Positions 9,204 through 19,094 of a DNA stretch of 40,062 bases are shown here, piece by piece. A program made the translations under genes and the position numbers. Location of the stretch: contig JAJCZT010000050.1 in assembly GCA_029262255.1 (NCBI GenBank), forward strand, positions 1-40,062. Reading direction: 5' to 3'. Position 1 is the first letter of the stretch, and every line of letters begins with the position of its first letter. The DNA comes from Deltaproteobacteria bacterium. GTDB taxonomy: Bacteria > Desulfobacterota_D > UBA1144 > Nemesobacterales > UBA2774. Under the pieces are notes generated by a model. That model saw only the letters and a list, made by a program, of their open reading frames with translations. It was not told where the DNA came from and did no database searches.

Positions 9204-10243
9204 GAATTCTTTTGATTTGAGTTAAAAAAACCGATCTTGCTTTGTATCCAGCAAACTCCAAACGAAGCCCCACAATAAAAGTAGTATAAAAAATGCAAAG
9301 GAATCGCCAGGAGGGTAAATTTAAGTCCTTTTTTTGCTAGAAAGAACCCGTATAATTCACGATTGAGGGCGATTAAGGAGACTAGAATAATAGCAATAAT
9401 TGTTAAAAGCAGCCCTGTGCTTAGCGGGGTATAAATATTTAATATATCCAAGGCTAGAATAATCAGGCAGATGACTAATAATCCTACAAATGCGGTACTT
9501 ACTCTATCTGAAACACGCAGGTTTAAATCCTCCGGCAATGATTTAGTTTGAAGAATTAATTTAGACCATGGCACCGCACGGTTAAATATGTCGGTCTTGA
9601 TCATGGAGTACCAGCCCCAGTGTTTTAAATGTGTAACTTGCAGATCTTTATCGAGCTTTATTTTATAACCGTTCTCCCGCATTCTATGCCCAAGCTCAAT
9701 ATCTTCTATGGACGGCTCCGCAAATTTTTTATGATCGAAACCCTTTAGTTTTAGGAAGACATCCTTTCTGATCGCACCGCAACCGGCCCAGAAAGTTGCT
9801 GAATCAGGATTAGATTTTTGATGGACGTGGTGGTGGAGGAGATTTCTGTATTGTGATAAGAAATCTTTATCCGAGGGTGTGTCGTCGTATGAGCCAAATA
9901 GAGATGATATATCTGGATTGTCTATAAAAACAGAAGCGATACGCTCAATAGTATCTCTCTTTACCAGCACATCGGAGTCAATAAATAACAGGATTTCCCC
10001 TTTGGCATAATCTGCCCCGTAATTTCTGGCAATAGCGGGGCCTGATTGGCAGTTAAGCTCAAGCACGGTCGATCCCATTTCCCTTGCTATGTCGATTGTA
10101 TTATCGGTTGATGCATCGTCAATAACGATAATTTCAAATGATTTATACGTAGACTCACCCAGTGCCTCTAAACACTGTCTAATGAATTTTCTGCTGTTGT
10201 GAGCCGGAACTATAACGGATATGTAAGGTTTATTCTTTGTCAT
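9200..10243 (-). CDS. Family 2 glycosyltransferase with C-terminal transmembrane bundle
   Basis: The N-terminus has ISVIVPAHN, IVIDDASTDNT and DSD (FIDSDV), which is the GT-A fold. The last ~110 residues form 3-4 hydrophobic helices. Its TAA stop (9200-9202) overlaps the TAG stop of convergent nuoI (9201-9203). Confidence 0.75.
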   Translation of the reverse strand: MTKNKPYISVIVPAHNSRKFIRQCLEALGESTYKSFEIIVIDDASTDNTIDIAREMGSTVLELNCQSGPAIARNYGADYAKGEILLFIDSDVLVKRDTIERIASVFIDNPDISSLFGSYDDTPSDKDFLSQYRNLLHHHVHQKSNPDSATFWAGCGAIRKDVFLKLKGFDHKKFAEPSIEDIELGHRMRENGYKIKLDKDLQVTHLKHWGWYSMIKTDIFNRAVPWSKLILQTKSLPEDLNLRVSDRVSTAFVGLLVICLIILALDILNIYTPLSTGLLLTIIAIILVSLIALNRELYGFFLAKKGLKFTLLAIPLHFLYYFYCGASFGVCWIQSKIGFFNSNQKNS

Positions 10244-10304
10244 TGTAAAATGCTTATCGTATCTAGGTTAAATTAATAATCAGTGAGGATTAGAAAACTT
10301 AAAT

Positions 10305-12119
10305 TCACTCAGCATCATCTAGAAGAATATGAGCTTGAGCTAAATTGTAATATTCTCCCTCGTTACCCAGAAGCTCTTTCTCCTTTCCTATTTCTGAAAC
10401 ACTCCCGTTTTTTAAGACAATTATCTGGTCCGCGCTTTTAATTGTCGAGAGTCTATGGGCTATCATTATCACTGTACGATTTAGACTGAGCTCTGTTATA
10501 GCTTTATGGATTAGCTGTTCAGTTGTGCTATCGAGCGAACTTGTTGCTTCATCTAAGATTAGTATTTCAGGGTCCTTCAGTATTGCCCTTGCAATAGATA
10601 TTCTTTGCCGTTGTCCTCCCGAGAGTTTTAGCCCCCTCTCTCCCAGGATCGTATTGTAACCATCAGGAAGGTTTGCAATAAATTCATGCGCCCCTGCTCT
10701 CTTAGCCGCCTCTATTATCTTATCTTCTGACGTATCTTCCAAGGCACCAAAAGCGATATTATTTTTAACGGTATCATTGAAGATAAACGTATCCTGACTC
10801 ACTATGCCGATATTTTTTCGGTATGAATTTATCTTGAAATTTGTAAGGGGCTCATCATCGATACAAACATTGCCGCCCTGAGGGTCATAAAACCTTAGTA
10901 GCAGGTTAGTTATCGTTGATTTCCCGGCTCCTGATTGTCCAACAATTGCAGTTGTTTTGCCTTTGGGAATTTGAAAATCTACATTCTTTAGTGCGTATTT
11001 GTCATCGTCATTATAAGAAAAAGATAGAGACTTGAAGTGTATAGATCTTTTTATTCCGGTAAAGTTTTTATCGCCGTTTTTGATAAGCGGTTTATTGTCT
11101 AATCTTATTAGGTCATAGACTGCATCTAAAGCGGGCCATCTGCTTACTATAATACCCCTTGCCTGATTAATCATTTTTATTGTCGGTAACATACGTGCAA
11201 GGATGTATATAAAAGGTAATAACTGTGTAAGCACTATTTTATAATCCATATCGGAGGTCTTAATAGCGACTAAAAAAAGAAAGGCTATTGCAATCACGCC
11301 GAGTGCTTCGGTAAGGATATGAACCATATAATTACCGAAGAGTAAATTCAGGCGGCTACTGGCGTGGTTTTCAATTTTACCTTTTAGTTTCTCTGACTCT
11401 GTACGTTCTTTTGTAAATGATTTTATAACTTCGATTCCGGAAAGATTTTCTTGCAAGGTAGCAGTTAGGTCTCTACTGGCGACTAAAAAGTTTTGACCGA
11501 TAAGAGAGAGTCTTTTTATATAAATTGAGACTCCAAATGCTATTAATGCCGCAAGTATTATTGTAAGAAAGGTAAGTTTCCATGAAAAGATAATCAGCAA
11601 AGCCATAAGTATGGTAAAGGAGGCAAAATGATCTATAAGCTCGGTTGCATTTTTGATTATCTCTTCCGTCATTACAGTATTAAATATTGTCTTTTCAACC
11701 AAGTCACCTGTCTTCACATTATTATAGAAACCTATACCTACGAGCATCAGCGTGTCGATTATCTGCGATCTCAAATTTACTATTAATCTAGTGGTGAGCC
11801 AATAGGCTAAATAGCGGGATATGGCAAGGAAAAGATTCTTTAATAATATAGAGGATACAACAAAGACTAGTGAAATAATTACCTGCTTCTCGATAGGATA
11901 TCTCGAAAAGAGCTCAATAACCGACTGAAGGATTTTCGGAAGCTCTCCGTAGTTCTGTACTTGCTGTAAGCTTGCTAAGAGAGGAACCAGCAAGCCTATT
12001 GATATTCCATCAAATGCGGAGGCTATAAAAAAGAGTAATATCAATAAAGCTATATATTTCTTGTAGGGACTTATTTGTTTTAGTATGAATGCTCTTTTTT
12101 GTTGGCGGTCGCTTTTCAA
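10305..12119 (-). CDS. ABC exporter, fused permease-ATPase half transporter (MsbA/PglK type)
   Basis: 604 aa. The N-terminal six-helix exporter domain is followed by Walker A GQSGAGKST, signature LSGGQRQR and Walker B ILILDEATS. There is no C39 peptidase domain. Confidence 0.85.
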   Translation of the reverse strand: MKSDRQQKRAFILKQISPYKKYIALLILLFFIASAFDGISIGLLVPLLASLQQVQNYGELPKILQSVIELFSRYPIEKQVIISLVFVVSSILLKNLFLAISRYLAYWLTTRLIVNLRSQIIDTLMLVGIGFYNNVKTGDLVEKTIFNTVMTEEIIKNATELIDHFASFTILMALLIIFSWKLTFLTIILAALIAFGVSIYIKRLSLIGQNFLVASRDLTATLQENLSGIEVIKSFTKERTESEKLKGKIENHASSRLNLLFGNYMVHILTEALGVIAIAFLFLVAIKTSDMDYKIVLTQLLPFIYILARMLPTIKMINQARGIIVSRWPALDAVYDLIRLDNKPLIKNGDKNFTGIKRSIHFKSLSFSYNDDDKYALKNVDFQIPKGKTTAIVGQSGAGKSTITNLLLRFYDPQGGNVCIDDEPLTNFKINSYRKNIGIVSQDTFIFNDTVKNNIAFGALEDTSEDKIIEAAKRAGAHEFIANLPDGYNTILGERGLKLSGGQRQRISIARAILKDPEILILDEATSSLDSTTEQLIHKAITELSLNRTVIMIAHRLSTIKSADQIIVLKNGSVSEIGKEKELLGNEGEYYNLAQAHILLDDAE

Positions 12120-12257
12120 CTATTAGTTCCCTGCTTTGGAGTAGTTACAGTAATATAGCTATTCAATATTGTACTAAATTTTCTAATACTATGAAAATAT
12201 TCAAGAATTTTCCTTTTAATAAATCATCCGCGAGACATACTAATTTAATTGAGAAGT

Positions 12258-13160
12258 TTATGAGTTTTTGTTGAAATATCGGATTACATTTTCCCAATAA
12301 AAGCCCAAAGCGTTTGCAATTTGCGAAAGAACCAAAAGTCCAGAGGTATAGATTTTATGTTGATTTTCCTTTTTCTTAAGTGGATAAAGTATTAACTCCG
12401 TATAAAAGGATGAGGGTTCCAGCTTAACTTTTTCCTGCCCGCGCATAGCCCGTACTTTGCGAAAATAATATGCTCCTCTGCCATAATTGAAATGCTGTCT
12501 CCAGAATTGAGCAAGTGATAGGTCGTGGCTGTGAAATACAATCGCTTGGGGAGTGTAAGTCATTGTATAACCGTTATAGATCCATCTATCACATATTTCT
12601 CTATCTTCAGCGGTTGCACGAAGTGTAGTTACATCAAAGCCTCCAAGTTTCCTAAACAGATCAGCTCTGACCGCTATGTTGTTTGAAGCAAAGAACGTTG
12701 CATTATTAGTATCTGAATTATAGTAGGAGTAAAGATAATTTATTAACTCTTGGCTGGCGGTAGAATAGGGGTTTTCTGGGAGTGCATTTATTGTATGACC
12801 GCCTATGAAAATCTCAGAATCTCTTTTGAACTCTTTTTCAAAAGCTTTTAGCCAATTGAGCTCGGGCTCACAGTCATCATCTGTAAATGCTAGGAACTTT
12901 CCCTTTGCTTTTTCCGCACCGGTGTTTCGGGCTCCTGCCGGTCCTGCGTTTACCTGAGTAAGCAGTCTGATATTGAGTCTGTCTATATAAGAATTTACTA
13001 ATTCTTCAGGAGGTATTTTACTGCCGTCGTCTACTACTAAAACTTCAAATTTATTTTTGGGGAAATCAAGATGCGTAATAGATTCTAAGCATTTAGCCAA
13101 CTGAGCTGGACGCTCATAAGTAGGAATTATCACAGAGAAGTATGGATTTTCAGGATTCAT
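12258..13160 (-). CDS. Family 2 glycosyltransferase (soluble)
   Basis: 300 aa with FSVIIPTYERP, VVDDGS, GPAGARNTG and FTDDDC, which are classic GT-A/GT2 motifs. No transmembrane segment. Confidence 0.8.
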   Translation of the reverse strand: MNPENPYFSVIIPTYERPAQLAKCLESITHLDFPKNKFEVLVVDDGSKIPPEELVNSYIDRLNIRLLTQVNAGPAGARNTGAEKAKGKFLAFTDDDCEPELNWLKAFEKEFKRDSEIFIGGHTINALPENPYSTASQELINYLYSYYNSDTNNATFFASNNIAVRADLFRKLGGFDVTTLRATAEDREICDRWIYNGYTMTYTPQAIVFHSHDLSLAQFWRQHFNYGRGAYYFRKVRAMRGQEKVKLEPSSFYTELILYPLKKKENQHKIYTSGLLVLSQIANALGFYWENVIRYFNKNS

Positions 13161-13246
13161 TATTATGTGTCTAGACTATAGTTTCATATTGACATTTTGC
13201 ATCAACAAATTTATAGAAATACAATATATGAAAGGTCTAGACCTGG

Positions 13247-13576
13247 TTAATATTTTTGTCTTAATAATACTATACCGTTATATATCCATCCTATTAATCC
13301 ACCGCTAATAGTGCCGACTGCGAAACCGTAAATAAAACCGATTATGCTGCCAATGTAAGAAACGCTGTATCCGATAAAAAATTGACTTAATAATTGCAAA
13401 TGGGGTCCCACTACGTACTGCCCGGAGGGACTTAGTTGAGGTCCTTTAATAACAAGCCAGATTGTTACAATGAATATCATAAGTCCGAATGATATTCCAA
13501 GTATGAGACCCAGCATCTTGGCATTTAAGAGTGCAACGGCTTCTAGGAGTTTTTCTTCATCAGATCTATTTGTCAT
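13247..13576 (-). CDS. Small membrane protein, paralogue of the C-terminal module of the upstream flavoprotein
   Basis: 109 aa with hydrophobic segments. Hand alignment to residues ~540-600 of the 621-aa protein gives about 30 identities over ~57 columns, including IKG, GP.L.LL.Q.FIGY.VS and IGF.Y.F. It lies 31 nt downstream of that gene. Confidence 0.55.
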   Translation of the reverse strand: MTNRSDEEKLLEAVALLNAKMLGLILGISFGLMIFIVTIWLVIKGPQLSPSGQYVVGPHLQLLSQFFIGYSVSYIGSIIGFIYGFAVGTISGGLIGWIYNGIVLLRQKY

Positions 13577-13607
13577 TTTTCATAATCCTATGTATCAATT
13601 AACTCTA

Positions 13608-15473
13608 TTATATATAATCAATAAAATCCTTAAAGCTGGAGTACTCAGATTTCCTTTTAATTCTTAATATATATAGGCCGGTAAAGAAATTTCTTAGGTA
13701 CGCAAATAGCCACCCGAATATAAAACCCCAGAAAAATGAGTACCCAAAACCGATAAAAGCGCCTTCGATGCTTACCGTATAACCGATAAAATATTGTCCT
13801 AGAAGTCGAAGGTTGGGCCCTATTACCTCTCCCCCCTTAATAATTAGGAAAATAGTGGCTAAGAAAACGGCAAGTCCCGAGACCACTCCTATGGCAGTTG
13901 CAAAGGCTGATTTATCTAGTCTTGAGAAAGCACGAATTATTGCCTGGTCTACTATAGATTGATTAATAGATTCAGGAACAAGGGGCTGGGTTGATGAAAG
14001 GTCCTTAAATTCTTGTTCCTCTTCCCTGCTTATTTCTTCATGGTACTCCTGCTCAGCGTTAACTTTCCATAAGTCATAATTAGCACCCAGTATATTTTTT
14101 ACAGCTAACATCGCTGTAAGCATGGAATGATCCTGATTGTTGTATTTATGCATTCCGTTACGGCCCACAAGCTGGAGATTATCTATTTGACTGAGAAAAT
14201 CCCGAATCACGTTTAGTGATTCCAGATACGTAGAATCATAAACAGGATATGCTTTAGGCATTCTTACAACTGTACCGTCTTCAACAAGCGAAGTACTTAC
14301 CAAACCTGTTTTTCCAAGCTCTATTTTTCCTAATTCTATTAAATCCCGATCATCCATTGACCAGAGACCGTCTCCCTCAAAACAAAAGTATTCGAGTCCC
14401 AGGCAAGTCTTTTGTTCAAGTGGGACCATGTCCTGACTCCAGTTCTTAAAATTCTGAATTCTCCCGACTTGTACATTCGGGTCGTGAATATATATCCAAT
14501 TATCCGGGAATACGTCGGGTTTATCAATTACAAGTGAAACAGTTAAAAAATCTCTGTATTTAAGGTTAGTTGCAGCTTCTAGGACTTCTTTTGGTGCCGG
14601 TGGATCAAACTTTTGAATTAGCTCACGTATCGGCATACTGCTAATAAAATGTTTTCCGGGTATTAACTTAATTTGCCCTTTGGAACAGATCTCTATAGTT
14701 TCGACTTTATTATTCTGGATGCAAATTTTTTCAACATCCGAGTCTAAAAGTACGTTGCTGCCCTCTTTGTTTAGTGTGTCTGTTACCTTTTCCCACATCA
14801 TGCCAGGGCCAAATTTCGGATATTGAAAGCTGTCGATTAGAGTCTTAACTACAGTCTCTTTATTCTTGCTCTGTTCTTTAAGAAGAGTATTTTTAATTGC
14901 TTTTAATAAAGAGAGTCCCTTTATTCTTTGTGCGGCCCATTCAGCACTGATTTCATTACAGGGCATTCCCCATACTTTTTCAGTGTAAGTCTTAAAAAAA
15001 AGATTATAGAGATGTTTTCCAAAACGGTTTGTAACCCACTGATCAAATGATTTTTCCGGCTTCTCCGGGAACATTTGAGCCCAAATATAACTTAGTACAA
15101 TCATCGTGCTGTTCCAGATACCTAAGCCGAAGAGCGCATTTGAAAGATTGAATGGATAATTAAAAAATTTGTTGTTGTAGTAGATTCTGGAAAGACGTTT
15201 TCTAGTTAAAAAGTCTTCCCCCAACACCTCGTGCCACATATCGTCAACAACCTTAACTTTAGTGAAAAAACGGTGGCCGCCTATATCAAAGTGATATCCT
15301 TTATAATTCACAGTTCTTGCCAGTCCGCCGACTACGCCGTCTTTTTCGACCACTGTCGAATTTATACCCGTTTTAAGGAGTTCGTAAGCCGCGGTTAGTC
15401 CGGCCGGACCTGCCCCTATTATCACGACCTCACTATTAGATGGTTTTGTTTGTAAGTTGGGATCCGTTTCCAT
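13608..15473 (-). CDS. FAD-dependent oxidoreductase (amine-oxidase / UDP-galactopyranose-mutase-like superfamily) fused to a C-terminal membrane module
   Basis: The N-terminus has a dinucleotide-binding motif [17 protein letters not shown]...[14 protein letters not shown] and DIGGHRFF. The ~470-aa soluble part is followed by an acidic linker ([11 protein letters not shown]) and hydrophobic helices in the last ~100 residues. Confidence 0.75.
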   Translation of the reverse strand: METDPNLQTKPSNSEVVIIGAGPAGLTAAYELLKTGINSTVVEKDGVVGGLARTVNYKGYHFDIGGHRFFTKVKVVDDMWHEVLGEDFLTRKRLSRIYYNNKFFNYPFNLSNALFGLGIWNSTMIVLSYIWAQMFPEKPEKSFDQWVTNRFGKHLYNLFFKTYTEKVWGMPCNEISAEWAAQRIKGLSLLKAIKNTLLKEQSKNKETVVKTLIDSFQYPKFGPGMMWEKVTDTLNKEGSNVLLDSDVEKICIQNNKVETIEICSKGQIKLIPGKHFISSMPIRELIQKFDPPAPKEVLEAATNLKYRDFLTVSLVIDKPDVFPDNWIYIHDPNVQVGRIQNFKNWSQDMVPLEQKTCLGLEYFCFEGDGLWSMDDRDLIELGKIELGKTGLVSTSLVEDGTVVRMPKAYPVYDSTYLESLNVIRDFLSQIDNLQLVGRNGMHKYNNQDHSMLTAMLAVKNILGANYDLWKVNAEQEYHEEISREEEQEFKDLSSTQPLVPESINQSIVDQAIIRAFSRLDKSAFATAIGVVSGLAVFLATIFLIIKGGEVIGPNLRLLGQYFIGYTVSIEGAFIGFGYSFFWGFIFGWLFAYLRNFFTGLYILRIKRKSEYSSFKDFIDYI

Positions 15474-15639
15474 AATGATTCAGAATAAAAAGGCTAAATC
15501 GCAGATTTTGGTTGTTTCAAATTAACCTGGGATTTGCCCCCTAGAATATAAAGTACATAGTTTATTGTGATAGCATTCTTTAAAATTTGAAGACTTATAA
15601 TTAGCGAACAATTCAACTAAATTGTAGAGAATGGAAAAA

Positions 15640-17445
15640 TTACTCGCCATCCGCTTTATATCTTTGATACCAGGGGGTAATTCTTAGTAGTCCCGCAATA
15701 GAGGATTTTAATTGACTTCTCTCCGTTACTAAATGAATTCCACCTTGCTTGGAAAAGAATTCAGACGTCATTGTGTCTGGATCAACACCTCTTCCGCCAC
15801 TGGCAAGTTTAACCACTCGATCTCCTGCAAATGCTACCGTAGCTTTTCTTTCTGCAATCATAAAGTCCCCTTGTACAACATAGCTTGCCAAGGCGCCCCC
15901 TGTAGTAGGATGACCCAGGAGAGATATATAAGGGAGTCCGGCTTCTTTAAGATTGATTATGGCAGAAATAGTTTTAGCCATTTGATATAACGCCACTGTG
16001 CCCTCCTGCATTCTGGCACCACCGGATGCGGTTACCGATACAAGAGGCAGGTTCTCGTTTATAGCATGATCCACAATTAGCTTCATCTTTTCTCCGAACA
16101 CAGCTCCCATAGATCCGCCCATAAAACGAAAGTCAGATACAGCAATCGCTACCGGAATGTCATTCATCAATCCATAACCGACAACGAGCGAATCTTTGGA
16201 ATCGGTACGCTTTGACGCTTTCTTTCTCGTGTCGAAGTAATCATAAAAAGTAAACCGTGCATCAATATTCTCTGTACTGAGATTAGAATGAAGCTCATGA
16301 AACGAATCCGTATTTAATAGCAGGTCAAGATAATCATCTGATCCCAGGGGAGATGGTTTTTCACAGTAGGGGCATGAAAAGAAATTCTTTTGAAAGTCCT
16401 CTTTTGCAAAGTGTTTTCTGCATCCAGGTCTTGTTATGTTGCCCTCGGCATCCTTTTCATCATTACAAAAATGAGGCTCGGCACCGTAAAGGGCTATCTG
16501 CATGTGAGATACTTCAGGCGTTGCGCTTTTGCCAAAGGCATGGGGCAGCCAGCTTCTAATCTTTTTAGCTATAGCCTGATAACGATGGTCGCCTTTTTCA
16601 ACCTGTCCGACTTCCTGAATTTTCTCTATTAGTTTCTTCTTAAGGTAATTTGTATCGGATTTCTCGAGTTCTTCCGTTGCTTTAACTAATGTTTTATCAA
16701 TTAAATTCAGTGTGTTAGTTAAATAGTCTGAGCTATCAAGAGAAGGCTCTTTAATAACTTTGTCTACCATTCCATACTTAAGCATATAGTCCGAGGTGGG
16801 CTGTAATACTTCAAGCGCTTCCTCGATTTTATCACCGCTTCTAAAAAGTATTGCAGAGCAGCCTTCCGCTGTAATAACTGAATATTCAGCTCGAGACAGC
16901 ATAAACCTTTTATGCGCGAGCTGAAAGGCGATAGCCCCACCGCTGCCACCGCTGCCAAGCACAAGCGAGATTGATTTGGTCTTAAGGGAAATCATTTTTG
17001 ACTGGCAGAATGAAATGAGCCAGGACTGGAGTTTTTCCGCAGAATAATCAAAAGGGTCACCGCCTATTGTGTCCACATATGCGTGGAGCATCAGATCATT
17101 TTCTTCAGCGTATTCCATCATGTTGTGCGCAAGTCCATACCCATCAGCTTTTACAAGTCCAAAGTTATATTTTAGACGGTCGTCATCGCTTGTAGGCATT
17201 TGCTGACCAATAATAGCCACCCTTTTATTTGTGCTTTTTAGTACTGCGGTTCCTATTATTACCGCCGGGTCGTCAACTAGCTCTATTTTCTCCCCTGAAG
17301 GAGCTTTTATTTCGTGTGAGAAATCTTCAAGCTCATTGTAAGGTACAAAATCTGTGTATAGGGAGTCAACTATATCTTTTGACTTTATCTTCTTGTATGA
17401 CCTTGCTTGCTCATGTATTAACATCAATTTTGAAGGTCGGCTCAT
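15640..17445 (-). CDS. Acetyl-CoA carboxylase carboxyltransferase, fused AccA-like (N-terminal) and AccD-like (C-terminal) halves
   Basis: Residues ~60-235 match AccA (VIIGTAVL, KADGYGLA, DTIGGDP, GSGGSGGAIA, SVITAEGCSAILFRS). Residues ~320-601 match AccD (Cys cluster C327/C342/C358/C361 with CPYCEK, FRFMGGSMGAV, ASGGARMQEG, YQMAKT, HPTTGGALAS, FAGDRVV). Residue numbers are counted by hand. Confidence 0.8.
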   Translation of the reverse strand: MSRPSKLMLIHEQARSYKKIKSKDIVDSLYTDFVPYNELEDFSHEIKAPSGEKIELVDDPAVIIGTAVLKSTNKRVAIIGQQMPTSDDDRLKYNFGLVKADGYGLAHNMMEYAEENDLMLHAYVDTIGGDPFDYSAEKLQSWLISFCQSKMISLKTKSISLVLGSGGSGGAIAFQLAHKRFMLSRAEYSVITAEGCSAILFRSGDKIEEALEVLQPTSDYMLKYGMVDKVIKEPSLDSSDYLTNTLNLIDKTLVKATEELEKSDTNYLKKKLIEKIQEVGQVEKGDHRYQAIAKKIRSWLPHAFGKSATPEVSHMQIALYGAEPHFCNDEKDAEGNITRPGCRKHFAKEDFQKNFFSCPYCEKPSPLGSDDYLDLLLNTDSFHELHSNLSTENIDARFTFYDYFDTRKKASKRTDSKDSLVVGYGLMNDIPVAIAVSDFRFMGGSMGAVFGEKMKLIVDHAINENLPLVSVTASGGARMQEGTVALYQMAKTISAIINLKEAGLPYISLLGHPTTGGALASYVVQGDFMIAERKATVAFAGDRVVKLASGGRGVDPDTMTSEFFSKQGGIHLVTERSQLKSSIAGLLRITPWYQRYKADGE

Positions 17446-17547
17446 TTGTCATTCTCTCCAGTGCTATTTAGCGCTTTTTTTCTTAATTTTATATGTGATT
17501 TAAATCTTCAAACTGATCAAAACATCTATACTTTAACTTATTTTCCG

Positions 17548-18573
17548 CTATGAAACGTGAGGTTGGACCTTTTCTACAAATAATTTCATAGATCTCATAG
17601 CTTCTTCGTGACTTATACCAGGGAATTTAAACCGGCAGATAAGATTATCAATCGGAAGCTCCTGCTGGTATTGCTTAATCGTCTCAATACATTCTTCAGA
17701 TGTTCCAATTATAGACTGCTCTCTGGCAATATCATAGAGGATCGGGTCATCAGGGTCAGATAATAAATTCCCTTGCTGATCGACCATAGAACCCCATGAA
17801 GCATAGCCTTTTGCGGTGTAAGTAACATGTTCTTTTATCTTTTCCCATGCATCATCAGCTTTCATATCTGAAATATACATCTCTCTAACAAGAGGTTTCT
17901 CATAGTCATCGGGGTTCCTCCCATATTCAGTCAAAAGGGAACTATGAAGGTCAAAGAGATATTTAACTATAGGTATTACGCCAATCGCCGGTATAAAAAG
18001 CGGTGCACCTATCCTCGCGGCTCTCCTTATAGCGGGCTCGGTAAACGCGCCTACCCAGATCGGTATAGGTTTTTGAACAGGTTTTGGAGTTACATTTATA
18101 TCCTGAAGCTGGTAGTACTTTCCATCAAGGCTAAAAGGCTCGTCGCCCCAGCTTTTAGTAAGGATTTCGATCCCCTCTTCCATGCGGCCTCTTCTTTGCT
18201 TTAAAGATCGGCCAAAACCATCAAATTCTTCTTGTCTGTATCCAAGTCCTATTCCTAATATTAAGCGTCCACCTGAGATCAGGTCAGCGACAGCTGCGTC
18301 TTCCGCAACCCTGATCGGGTCGTGAAGCGGGAGTAATAGTACGCCAGTGCCGATACGAATATTTTTTGTTTTGGCAGCGATGGCAGCGGCGGTTAACAAA
18401 AGAGAGGGACAGTACCCGTCACTCAAAAAATGGTGTTCCGAAACCCATGCTGAGTCATACCCCATTTGATCCGCCATGCTGATTTCTTCTAACATTTCCG
18501 CATATAATTCTCTATGTGGTCTAGGTTTGTGTTGCGGGGACTGCATTGTGTAGTAACCAATACCGAATTTCAT
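17548..18573 (-). CDS. Luciferase-like (LLM class) flavin/F420-dependent oxidoreductase
   Basis: 341 aa. MKFGIGYY..., GYDSAWVSEHHF and GRLILGIGLGYRQEEF are typical of the bacterial luciferase-like TIM-barrel family. Cofactor and substrate are not determinable. Confidence 0.75.
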   Translation of the reverse strand: MKFGIGYYTMQSPQHKPRPHRELYAEMLEEISMADQMGYDSAWVSEHHFLSDGYCPSLLLTAAAIAAKTKNIRIGTGVLLLPLHDPIRVAEDAAVADLISGGRLILGIGLGYRQEEFDGFGRSLKQRRGRMEEGIEILTKSWGDEPFSLDGKYYQLQDINVTPKPVQKPIPIWVGAFTEPAIRRAARIGAPLFIPAIGVIPIVKYLFDLHSSLLTEYGRNPDDYEKPLVREMYISDMKADDAWEKIKEHVTYTAKGYASWGSMVDQQGNLLSDPDDPILYDIAREQSIIGTSEECIETIKQYQQELPIDNLICRFKFPGISHEEAMRSMKLFVEKVQPHVS

Positions 18574-18683
18574 TTTAATCTCCTATATAATTGTTATGAT
18601 TATAATACTTTGTTAATCAAATACAGTCTATTTGGGAATTTGGATTATTATAACCTGAAAGGTTTGAGATTGGTAAGTTCAGT

Positions 18684-18722
18684 AAAAAAAATGGCTGGAT
18701 TGAACTAATGTTCTAGCCAGCC
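18684..18722 (-). terminator. Candidate rho-independent terminator downstream of the A-type Fe-S carrier gene
   Basis: On the minus strand, GGCTGG ... CCAGCC forms a 6-bp outer stem with an inner GAAC/GTTC 4-bp stem. It is followed directly by A plus eight T (reverse complement of the A-run at 18684-91). It starts 25 nt after the stop at 18747. Confidence 0.45.
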
Positions 18723-18746
18723 GTTATAAAACTTAATTTTTATAGT

Positions 18747-19070
18747 TTATGCTGTAAATGATTGCCCGCAGCCACAGGACCCGGTTGCATTAGGGTTACC
18801 TATTGAAAACCCTGTACCGTTAAGACCGTCATTATAATCCAATACACCACCTTCAATATAAGGATAGCTTAACTCATCAATTGCTACTCTCACTCCTAGT
18901 GCTTCAATGATCTCATCAGATTTTTCAATTTCGTCATCAAAACCCATCTCATATGAAAATCCTGAACATCCGCCGGGCACAACTCTTACTCTTAAAACTG
19001 CCTCAGGAATGTTTTCCTCAGCTAATAACTTTTTGATTTCTTCAGCCGCTTTAGTAGTTACAGTGAACAT
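18747..19070 (-). CDS. erpA: A-type iron-sulfur cluster carrier (IscA/ErpA/HesB family)
   Basis: 107 aa with GGCSGFSY in the N-terminal half and a C-terminal GSCGCGQSF, the three conserved Cys of A-type carriers. Confidence 0.8.
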   Translation of the reverse strand: MFTVTTKAAEEIKKLLAEENIPEAVLRVRVVPGGCSGFSYEMGFDDEIEKSDEIIEALGVRVAIDELSYPYIEGGVLDYNDGLNGTGFSIGNPNATGSCGCGQSFTA

Positions 19071-19094
19071 TTAATAACTACCTCCCTTGATATA

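Noticed and set aside
12089-12274. 61-aa ORF spanning the gap between the ABC exporter and GT2 genes
   Set aside because: It overlaps the exporter start and the GT2 stop on the opposite strand. It has no SD and reads as AT-rich intergenic noise. The same applies to 18514..18708 and 13470..13667.
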